A stretch of DNA of 64,000 bases from Basidiobolus meristosporus CBS 931.73 (Eukaryota; Fungi; Basidiobolomycota): contig MCFE01000271.1 of NCBI GenBank assembly GCA_002104905.1, forward strand, positions 1-64,000, written 5' to 3'. The notes below the pieces were generated by a model. It was not told the DNA's origin and ran no database searches. It saw only the letters and a program-made list of their open reading frames with translations. The translations under genes were made by a program, and so were the position numbers. Positions within the stretch are counted from its first letter, which is position 1. Each line of letters starts with the position of its first letter. This document shows, one piece after another, positions 49,838 to 60,976 of the stretch.

Positions 49838-50653
49838 TTAGAACCACGAAGGTGTTGAGGTATCGTCTACCATTGAGGGAATACCAATAAAGCTGCTAGT
49901 ATTGGACAACGGAGGAGAGAGATAATCCTGAGGGAGGTACACGTGGTTAACCGGATGCCGCTCATAGGGCTGATATGGTTGAGTAAGCAGTAATGAGTCA
50001 CTACTTGATTTCTGTGCTAGGAACGATCTTCTGAGCCACTGTTGCTGATTTATACAATACATCTGTACCGTCTGGAACCAATGCAAAAACGCACTGTTCG
50101 AGATGTGAAGCTCATACTTCAGCCCTGCTAAGAATTCTCGCTCCATGACCGCGATCTCACGTGTTGGCATCCCGGTGATGGTTGACCAAGATTGACTTGT
50201 ATATGTAATGTCTTCAAGGAATTTCGCTGCCAGCATCATCGAGACGATGAAGATCCGGTATTCTGAACCTAACTCCCCTCTCATCGACCGATTCATTTTC
50301 CTCAACTTTTGTACATATTTCAGTGCCAAGATTACCGTTGCGGGGGACATACGGATATGGTTCAGCACATGGATGCAAAACATCCGGAAGGTATGATATG
50401 CTGGGAGCGAAAAGGGGTTAGGGTTGGTATACCAAACGAAGTAGATGACATTGGCAGCAACATCCCCAAGATACACGTTGTTATCGGGGATTAAGGTCTT
50501 CGGGATGCAGGAGAAGTCATGAGAGATGTTGTGCTGAGTACTAGGTGGGTAAGAGGAAGAATGCAGACTCCAAGGGTGCTGTGTGGGGATTTGATCAACG
50601 GGTCTTGAAGGTTGAAAGAGTGATTGAACAAGGTAAAGCTGAGATAGGCTCAT
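49838..50653 (-). CDS. Pho80/Pcl-family cyclin, intronless
   Basis: Cyclin box FCIHVLNHIRMSPATVILALKYVQKL...SEYRIFIVSMMLAAKFLEDITYTSQSWS.ITGMPTREIAVMEREFLAGLKYELHI. Confidence 0.88.
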   Translation of the reverse strand: MSLSQLYLVQSLFQPSRPVDQIPTQHPWSLHSSSYPPSTQHNISHDFSCIPKTLIPDNNVYLGDVAANVIYFVWYTNPNPFSLPAYHTFRMFCIHVLNHIRMSPATVILALKYVQKLRKMNRSMRGELGSEYRIFIVSMMLAAKFLEDITYTSQSWSTITGMPTREIAVMEREFLAGLKYELHISNSAFLHWFQTVQMYCINQQQWLRRSFLAQKSSSDSLLLTQPYQPYERHPVNHVYLPQDYLSPPLSNTSSFIGIPSMVDDTSTPSWF

Positions 50654-53600
50654 GGTAGCCTAATTTGTAGAGTATCAATCTTATTTAAGGATACTTTCAG
50701 GGGAGTGTATTACGAAGGCCTCCTCGAAGAAGTCCGAGAAATTATTATTGTGAAGAAATTGAGAACATTGATGGCGACTGAGCTTCATAATCCTTATATA
50801 CCAATGCGGCGTGAAAATATCATTGGCCGAAAACGCACTCCACTAACAAAGATTGTACGGCTTAACAATCGAGTCTCAGCCAAGACAAACGGATGAGTAT
50901 CTTGTATTGCAGGCGGTATCACCGTCCAAAATAAAAGGTGTAGAGATTCATTGCCAAATCCGTGCACTACAGAACAATTCTAAATTAATGGGGATGTGGA
51001 AAAATATATGGGTTGGACCCAGCTAGAACGAACGAAAATAGATGCAATTTCGTGACCGCAGATGAGGCCCTTGGGCGAATCAATGGCCAATAATATAAGT
51101 TATACGCAAGATAAAGGGCAAACATTGCAGAAGCCAATAAACGCACAACCGTCCTACTCTTGAAATGTATTAGCTGCTTGTTTCATAATGATTGCTCATT
51201 CATTTACTCCCCTAGCCACTTGAACTTCCAAATCCATTGAGACCGATGCAATACATATTAGCGGCATCCACGTAGAACATCGACTAATATTGAGGTCATA
51301 AAACGAGTCACTTTGCTGTGCCACCGCGAAAACTCGTTTATCATGATACACAAATGGAAACAAGTAAGTCATAGGATAACGTGGCAAATATTAGCTGCCA
51401 AACCGATTAGATTTCCGTACAATTGCAGGAAAGCGTACGAATGTTCCCACAGAGCACCAATGAGCAAGCTGGCTAGATCCATTTGGAAGAAATCCGAAGC
51501 ATCTAGTCCGCATCCTCTGGACAGATTTGCAATGATGGGTGATTTCCCAGCCAAGATACAGGAAATCGAAGAGGCGGCCATTGTAGAACTATTGCAACCA
51601 GAGTATGCCTATCTACACCATCGTAGAAAAGAAGGGAGCCAATGAGTTGCCGCTGAGTTTCTCATGGCTTATCACCATCACCATGCTGCGCTACCTTGCG
51701 AGCATCCGTTGTTTCTCCGGAATATCCATCTACCATCCTTCATCAATTGGCGCCTTAATATCGGTAACAAGCCCAGCAACCATCATCCACCGCATGACCT
51801 TGGTTTTTTACGGTTTATTACATATATAGAGTCGAGGCAAATAGAAAGACGTGAACACCGCAGAGCCTATGGGCGCTGTCAACGATGCTCAATTGAAAAA
51901 TGGTGATCCAAATGAATAGAATAGGCTAAACGTTTTATTCCTTGCCGGTTTAAGTGGCTCGGGGAAACAGACTTTGTTTGCCAGATTGCTGAGATACAAT
52001 CACGAGTAAGAGCAGATTCATGTGATTTCCACTTGTACTATCATTTACTCACCTTGGCAGGGCCACAGGATCCCGAACTGATCCAGAATGGTTAAAGCAA
52101 ATATGAAGTTGGGTGGAGTGATTCGTCCTAAAATTGATATTTCCCCTACTTTGGGGGGGGGGGGTTTCGTCTGTACGCTACGATGGGACTTGTGTTTTAC
52201 AATGACAAATTCGGAGTCAATGGATGAGGCGGTCACCAGCATGCATTTACAGGAGTTTCGTTGATGAGTGTTGACTAATTGTCGGCCCATGTCTCTGCTT
52301 CAAGGTGCAGCCAAGTTAAAGCTGGCATTTAGCTATGGCATGATTATCAACATTCCTTTTGAACGGTCTTTGGGTTTGAGCTAGTTAAAGAGCCATTGAG
52401 GCAAGCGCTCAGTTTAGTGCTGCTTCAACAGGTGCATTCAGGAAATCGAGGACTGTCACACACTCGGTTGTGGGCACATACGAATATCAAGCATTCTTGC
52501 TTGGTGCTATATTCCACCGCTCCTAACTGGATTGGTCGCCTATTCCCCAGCAAAGTGACCATCCAACAGCCTAGATTCGTATGTTTACAAAGGTCTGAGA
52601 GGTATGTTATTTGATATTCTCAGTTTCAAGCCGCCTTCTACAAATATTCACTGTAATGCATTTGGTAAGTCGAGCCACATCCGTAATGATAAGCTGGCTG
52701 ATGATAGGGCCAAAACAATACCTTTTTGAGCGATTCTGCCGTTCCAAAGAGTTCAATCCAAATGATTAGCATTGTATATTCAGAGCTGATTCAGTGATAT
52801 TCACTGGAGGTTTCCAGGGTTAAACAGGTATGGCTGAAAATCAGGAAAACTCGAGGTTTATGCAGATATCATCTGGCTACCTCTGCGTATGCGTTCTTTG
52901 TGCTAGACTGATCAGCAACTTTGAGAGTCCTTTTCATGACTCGGTATCGTAGTACTGAGCACACAACAGATATTATAATAATTTTACCGGAATTCAAAAG
53001 AGTAAGGATTTACAAGGTTGCGGCCCAGTAATAAGCAAAGCTACCACCCTCTTGATACAGCATTGTTTTGTTGCGAATGTTTGTCCTCCAGCGCAAGGCT
53101 AATGGGGCGCAATATAGCTGAAGACGTTTCTGTTAGGCACTCAACAGCTGAGATACCAATTGAATGCATCGCCATTGTGAGGCTGATCTGAAATTCACAT
53201 GATAGCAGAGGTCATTCAAGTAGGTTATCAGCTATTGAAAACTTGGTTGAGTGATAGGTTTTATGTTAGCTTCGGTATTACAAGTCTTCACAACCAGTCG
53301 TTTTGCGGATCCCTGGCTTGACAGTCCATAGACTAATTAGCCAATTTGATGTCTGCTGGTTACGAGTGACGCAATCAAGAGATTCAAAGAGCTAAGAATC
53401 TGGAACCAGCCGGTTTAATATTGGTTTTGCCTGTTGTTGCTTAATACTGTGGCTGGTTATGGTAGCAGTGCTTTTCTTACTAACAAGGGAAATGTCAGCA
53501 AGGCATGAAATTTCATTCTTTGATAACATGCTCAACAAAGATCCTAATATATAATTCTATTCCCGAGGGTCTATTTGTTTTTTTTCGGTATCTAGATAAG

Positions 53601-55354
53601 CTGTGATGTTGAGGAAGATTCATTGGGATGTAAAATATATGCACTACAACCGATAGACCCGTCTCTTCAGGTATGGAGAATAATTAATGGCGGCTTATAT
53701 CTGCTTTCGGTTCCAAGATATCATTTTTCTGTTACGCCCAACATTTATTTTCAAAGTACAAAGTGCCGTTGCATCAAGAACTAAGCATGCTATTGATTGG
53801 TACTACTTCTGCAACATTTCCTACTCCCCCATCATCTAGAGCGTAAATGTATCTACTCTTGGACTAGACACGAATTCCTAAACATTGTGAAATGAAGTTA
53901 AAGATGAGTTGAAAATTGGCTAACCAATAACCAATAGCTGAATGTTTTGCAAGAGTTAAGCCCGCGTGCCAAGTCAACTCTCCTATGAGATCTGAATTGT
54001 TACTAAGGATGATGCACTTTTCACGTTTATCATTAGCAAGCATTATTCTAGTTCAACATTAGCACAAGGGAGCATTCTCAATAGGTAATTTGTCATATCG
54101 TTGACTTTTAAGGTGCCCACATTAATATAGTCATTAACTGATGCCCCAATCTATTTGGACGGCTAATAAGCATTTGGATTTAGTCTACTGTTTATTATAC
54201 GTAGTTTTCTCAGCAGTGGAGGATGGTTGAAATTACATGCCACGTATTTCGAATAGTTAAAATAATTAGAGATAAGAAAAAGTGACTGAGCATTCTTCCG
54301 CGAATTTCTAGAACAGCCATATCGCTGGCTTCACTATTGAGGGAGTTCTGGGAATATCGGAAGTTTCCTTGGAATATACACAGAGAGCACAACTCTCCTG
54401 ACTATTCGCCAGGTATGTTTCATTCTACAGCTCCATAGACCTAGCTGTGCCATTCAGGTGATCACGAACTTGGATTTGGTTGCTGGGCAATATTGGTACT
54501 ATCGAAGTCCATTATTAGCCCTACATTGATGTACAAGCCTTAAAAAATATATCGGTAGCCTAGTATCAAGAATGACTCACAAAGTAGAATACTTTATTTT
54601 CGGTCATAGAACGAGTTCCAAACATACAAGTTTTTCAGCTCTTGAAGCATAACCAGCAGACTAGAAAACCAATACAATTCAAGGTGCGTTGGAAATACTA
54701 TGCCATTTTTGATATATGTGGGTGATGTTTATTGCTCTCTATATTGAATGAAAAGGTATATTTGCAATTGATATACCATTAGGAGGTTAATAGTCGTATT
54801 ACCTCACGGAAAACTTTGGATAGAGATGTACCAGTATTCAATCTTCCTGATATTACGGTAACACCTTCTTAGTTATGCATTTGAATCTTTGCCGATGTTT
54901 AGCTTCTGAATGAGTCCTCAAGGGTATCCGAAGTCACAAAATGTTCCACAATTGACACAGATTTCCAAAGCCTAATATACATATATTCATAATGAGTCAG
55001 CATTTAAATATATCGTTTTCTTAGAATTTGTTACATAGTTAAATACGATCTAACGTAAAAGAAGGAAAGGCTGAGCAAAACCCTAAATAGGAAAACCTAA
55101 TTAGCCCACACAACATACCATGGCCATGCATATACCTACCTCTATTTCTATGAGTTGGCAGTTGGTTCGGATATAGATCCTGAGCTAGAAGGAAGAATAT
55201 CATCCCATCACCGACGGACTCAACTATTTCCTCTGTCCATTATATTCTAAATAAATATCCGTCTTCTTATTAAAGCCCCCTCCCCCCCTAGGTAAATATA
55301 CCATTATCATACATCTATATTCTCTACTACATGACCCCTAACCCCGTAGCCAAT

Positions 55355-55372
55355 TGGGCACCCAACGTGGGG
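55355..55372 (+). promoter_or_regulatory. Primer-binding site, tRNA-Lys(CTT)-type
   Basis: TGGGCACCCAACGTGGGG versus canonical TGGCGCCCAACGTGGGG: 12-nt exact core CCCAACGTGGGG, directly after the LTR-like end and upstream of gag. Confidence 0.6.
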
Positions 55373-57521
55373 GGAAGTCATACTTTATTAACTAAAGACG
55401 ACCTTTTTACATATCGAAATGGACAGAGAACAAAAATTGATCTCCATCCAAGCTTTTGTGGGCATGCCCAGGAAGATGCTATTGCACGGCTGCATGAGTG
55501 TAAACTCAGCTAAAAGGTGAACAGATGGAATATGGCAGATCTTCCTATCATTGCTCGATTCTATATGAAAGATCTAGCAGTCACTTGGTATGGGCCACAC
55601 AAAGCTACCTTAATTGACTGGGATCACTTCAAAACACAATTTAAGCAGAAATTTGTCACGGCCCAAATTGCTTCCTAGCATCAAGAATCTGAATACGTAC
55701 AATAACAAAAGCACTCAACTTATGAGATTGCCACTAAATACCTATACTTAGCAACTTGTCCAGAATACACTGATAACAGAGAAAAGATTCAGATCTTTCT
55801 TGATGTACTCAATTGTTGTATCTGAGTGGAAGTCAGAAAACTTAAACCAGCTACCTTAGATGAAGCAATCTCTCACATAGAGAAGAACAGTACATAATTG
55901 AAATGAATAATGAGATCAACAATAACCCTGAGCAATTAGCTAACAAAGATATGGACTGGCTGGCTACTAGATTGCAGCAACTAGAGTTGAATTTTCTGAC
56001 AGCACACATTGTTTGCACAAGGAAATTTCTACCTCAGCTCATTGGTGAGAAAGCAAATGATTTAGATCCTGGAGTACAGAATATAATTCAAAATTGCCAC
56101 CATTACAAGTAGATATCTAATGATATCCCAATGAGCCACAAATCTTGGAACTGAACCTAATATCATTGTACTGGAAGACATTTTGAGCATAGTACATAAA
56201 CATCCAGTAAGAGAATCAGTGAAATCTCCTACTCACAAGAGATATCACTCTGAAGAAGGCCACAATGCTATACACAACATGAATCTAGACTTGATCATTT
56301 TCTTAATTAATGTAGATGGACTCCAAGAAGTCATAGTATCCATCTGCAATCTATTGCAATTACCAACTATCCAGTAAGGTCATGATCAATATGTTGCTGA
56401 GAACAACCATGTTGAGAGCTATAAGGTTACCTGTCAGCCTATACCTTGACAAAAAGCAAGTTTCCCAGTAGGAGGCCAGATACATTAAGTATCAGCAAAT
56501 ACATGCGTAAATTGTAGTATCACACTGGCAAAATACCTCAAGGATAAAAACCTCCAAGCCAGTAGCACAATAGTAAGATGTGTCAAAGGTTTTGTTTGAC
56601 AAGAAGTTATAAGCACCTATATAATGTAACAAGCTCAGGCTAAGGTCCAGGTCTATTCTCTTCCTATATATCTGGTAGTAGCAGAACAAGCTCAATATAA
56701 TCTTTTATTAGGAATAGATTGGGTTGGTAAACATCTGATAAGGCTAGACTCTAAAGCATATGCAATGGACTTCCACACTAGCAGTGGCCATACTGGGATC
56801 TCCATAAATTGTTACCAATATCTACTCATAAGCTCAGTGCTTAAAGAGGATCAGATATCTCTAGTTTCCCTAAAAAACACCAGAAAACTAGAACAGGATT
56901 CCTAAAAAAAACCCCAAGAAAATGCCAGCAGAGCACTGTGAGCAGACCAACAGATACATTTAGCAGGAGGGTACTAGGCTAATTAGAGTTCATGCCAAAT
57001 TTGGCTATTGGATGCTCACTACTTCCACCAAGAATTGCAACTGTGAATTTGAAGGAAAAGCAACAGCCAAATACTATTAGAATACCATTACAATATCAGC
57101 TGAGTACCAGCTGATAATCTGATGATTTTTCATTTGGATGGGAGCTATAGCCTGGCTGCTATCTATCTATGATAAGATGTTATTTGCAAGAGTTTTCAGA
57201 CATCTTTGCAGATTAACTCAAGGAACACAGATAGGTAGAAGAGGTAAAACACTATACCAATACATGAAACCAATTATTACTTTGGCAATCCCACTGTTGA
57301 GTTTGAGAAAAATGATTGCTTATTTCAAGAGCAATGGGAAAGGATCCAGCAAGAAGCCGTAATTCCATCTATGCCCCCTTGGGCTTCCCTGGCCATGCTA
57401 ACTGAGGAAAAGGAAGGAACAAAATGCTTTTAAGTAGACTATCAAAGGTCAAGTGCAATCACCCAGAAGGATGCCTACCCACTACCTAAAAATGCAGAAC
57501 TATTAGATGCACCAGTACCGG

Positions 57522-58590
57522 TGTAGTGGGGTGACAGTGACACCCACTGACAGATGTGCTCATTCCCTTATTTTCTACTTCCCTATATCTCTACTACACT
57601 TATTTTAGTTTTATCCCATTTGTCTTACCCAATCAGTACTATCCCATAAGCTGGTTGACTATCACACCTGCTTACCTTATTGCATAAGTTACCCCTCACT
57701 TTATGTAAGATTACTAGCTATAAGTACTTCTATATTAGGCAAGTACCCGCGCCAGTACCTGTGACACATGATCAACCCATGTCACCATCCCTACCATTTC
57801 CATACCATATGGTATCCCCATGTTACACAGGTTTCAGAATACTGATTCCTGATTGGTTGGATGTGCTGTGCCTCTTAGAACCTTCTGGCACCTACTTAGA
57901 ACATTCTTAGGTCATTCTGATGTCATTAAGATTTCTATTGATATCCGGAACCTTCTGGAACACCATGATTAGTAATAACTTAGCCAGTAAGAAAAGTATA
58001 TAAGGGAGGCTATCCCTTAACAATAAATCATCATCCCTTTTATCAATATACCAACTTGTTGATTAGTGTGATCACTGCTACCTGCTGCTACCTGAACTTC
58101 CAACCCTAGACCACAGGACACTCCCAGGAAACCGCGCTGACAGCCAACTGACCTTGGAGGCACTACTTGTGAGGAATACTCAGAGTAGGTATCTTTTATT
58201 ATATTTGATTCTTTCCCAAGTTTGTTCTTGTACAGGCAAAGATACTTTTCTGTCTTTGTAACTATTGACCACAGCTGCATTCTTATCAAGTCCCTGCTGG
58301 TGGAGTTTACAGTTGTTTTGACTTTGGAAGCTTTAGTACATTGTCATCTCAAAGGACGCTGAACCCAGCACATACTTTTGTTAAGATGCCAACTAAGTTG
58401 GGGATTGTAGCTCAATAGTTTTCCCTTGACAAGCTTGTGGCTTTATTCCCCTTCACATTAGATTAGAGACAGAACCCAAGTATTCCTAGCAAGCTTTTGC
58501 CAGAGGTTATCACACCCAGTGAACACCCCACACACAAAACACTTGAGAAGCGTTGGACGTATCTCTCCCTTGGACCTATACACCACCACA
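57522..58590 (+). repeat. Solo LTR (~1069 bp), family A, with 4-bp TSD CCGG, inserted in the RT of the older Gypsy element
   Basis: TGTAGTGG...CCACCACA termini. CCGG at 57518-57521 and 58591-58594. Excision restores the in-frame RT ELLDAPVPVKYYSTL. Confidence 0.92.
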
Positions 58591-60976
58591 CCGGTTAAAT
58601 ACTATTCCACTCTTGAAGATGGCTCAGGCTACTTGCAGAAAATGATGGAACCAAGTTGCCAAGAAAAGACAGTTTTTGTAACTAAACAGAGATTATTTGA
58701 GTTTATAGTCATGCCCATTGGTCTCACCAATGCCCTGGCAATATTGCAACAGATAATGGACCACATTATTCAGGATCAGCTGCAAAATTATGTGCTCATC
58801 TCTATAGATTATTTCACAATCTATCCAAGATTATGGAGGAACTGCAGTGCCATCTATAACAAGTACTTAATATTTTACAGTGTGTACTGGTAGAACTCAT
58901 TCAGAATGAATGCATTCTTTTGCAGGATAGACTATAGTATCTTAGGCATGTAATATCCAACAAAATGTTGGAAACTGAACTGGCCAAGGTGGATATGTAC
59001 ATAAAAAAGCAACCTCCACCACTCAGTAAAGAGCTAGTTGCTTTTCTACAGCTGGTAGGCTGCTCCTAAAGCTTTATTAAAGATCTTGCAAAAATTGCTT
59101 ACCTGCTTACCAACTTGACTAAGAGGGCCAACATACTAAAATTGGAATAGGCACAGGAAGATGCCCACCAAAAACAAAAATAACCTCTGGTAGTAGTACT
59201 TATGCACTAATCCCCAGCTTATGACCAAGAATCTTGGCTCACAAGTAATGCCACCAAAGAAGAGCTTGATGTACTCTATCCCAGCCAAATAGACATGACA
59301 GGAGAGAATGTGTAATAAGATATGCTGGTTGTACTGAGCAAGGTTCTGAGAGAAGCTATTGCAGCTCACACCTGTATGGCCTAGCCATTATTTGGGTGAT
59401 AATACAGTCCCAGCATTGCATATAGTGACAATATATCAGGTTGCTTACAGACTACCAAGTTTTATGAGTATAATAGAGCATGTCAAGCCCAGTGAGTAGA
59501 GTCGTCAGATGGACCATGACTTGCACAGAATATTCATTCCTATATATCACAAAGGAGGAAAAGGAACCCACAGATGCCCTGTTGAAATTAGCAGGCATCT
59601 CCAAAGCTCCTTTAGAGATATATCAAATTATGCAAATTAGGTATACTTGAGAGTTGACTGTTCTAGATCATAATGCAGTATTGGAACTCCTACAGACTGA
59701 GGTCCCAGATGCCTGAGCTGTTGGTATTTTTATCATTATATCATTGTGGTAAGAGATCCTGCTTCTTTGGCTTCCTGGATGCTTCAAGTGTCTCCAAAGG
59801 CATCTGTATGCTCCTGTACACTACCTTGAGAAGCACCTTTATGGCAAGCCTAGATATTACTGCCAGAAGTAGGTGCAGTGACCAACTGCCAATCAATAAG
59901 CAAAGAGTGCAGCTGATGCAAGGTAAGGATTACTGATGAGTGATTATATTCCTGGTAAACTTTTCCAGCTTAATAAGTACTACTAATGACATGGCTCTGG
60001 AATATTCTGTGGGTTACTAGAAATCTTGATAACAGTGTAATGTGATAAAAATGATCCAACAATATGCTGGAAGGCTCTAAGTGGTGCATTACAGCCATCT
60101 AATAAGGTACCACAGATCCAAATCTGCTATAATAACTTCTCATTAGAGTCCCCTTGCCCTGGGCAAATATGCCACTATCCTACACATTGATTCTTTATTA
60201 TGTAGCACCTAGCCCTGTAGCCAATTGGCCACCAATACAATATCAAATATTGTGACTATCTCAAATCCATGTACTCCAAGCCAGATGCTCATTTAAGAAT
60301 GCAGGTGCCACTAGCAGCCCTTTGAACCAATTTGAAAAATTCCTGTTTATCAAGTTGGAAGTTAATACCGTAAAACAAATTGTTTACAAAAAAAAAGAAA
60401 CCATAATTTAGAATTGAATGCACTGACATAAAGCAATACACCATCATAAAAAAGACTGCCAATTATTGAAACCTGTAGCTCCAATAAGCTTTTTTGCCGG
60501 TCATAAAATGCTGATCTTAGTCCTTACAAGAGGCCCAAACTGATAAACACATTTCAATCGCAACCATCGAATCCAGATGTACAGTTATTACTATAATTCT
60601 ACAATTCATATTAAATTGACGATTAATATTACTTTTAATACTTGAATTTCTTCAATGGATAATATCAGGAAGAAGTCAGATGATCATGTCAAAATTAGCA
60701 ATTGCACTCTAAGCTCTGATGCTTGTTGGAAGTACTATGCTTATGGAATCATTGCTGACATACAACGAAATCCACCTGGGTGGAGATGGTAGTCATCCAA
60801 CAACTTGCATGGAATGCTAGCAAGGCTACGTGAACAGCTAAAATAAATGGTAACAAAGAAGTTCGAATATCAAGAGGTTGTCGTGAACCAGGCGTACAGG
60901 AAAGACCCACGCTACTCCAATTGGTCATCTACTTATCCACCAGCTCTATGAAGTACTACCAGCGATCAGAAAGATG

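Larger units (their letters stand above)
55250..60240 (+). mobile_element. Highly decayed Ty3/Gypsy element (LTR end, PBS, gag, protease, RT, RNase H remnants; second LTR-like end at ~60120-60226)
   Basis: gag-like ARFYMKDLAVTWY...DWDHFKTQFKQKF (~55550), LLGIDW (~56705), RT pieces WASLA/KDAYPLP (~57380-57490) and FIVMPIGLTNA...SIDY (58519-58893). About 110 nt at 55250-55355 is homologous to 60120-60226. Outer borders are approximate. Confidence 0.8.

Noticed and set aside
51300-51850. Faint resemblance to a Tc1/mariner transposase on the minus strand
   Set aside because: The DDE motifs could not be aligned convincingly in any frame, and no TIRs were found.
52153-52164. 12-G homopolymer
   Set aside because: An isolated simple run with no further G-tracts or functional context.
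58400-58430. GGGGATTGTAGCTCAATAG resembling a tRNA-Ala 5' end
   Set aside because: No anticodon arm, T-loop or acceptor pairing follows; it lies inside an LTR.
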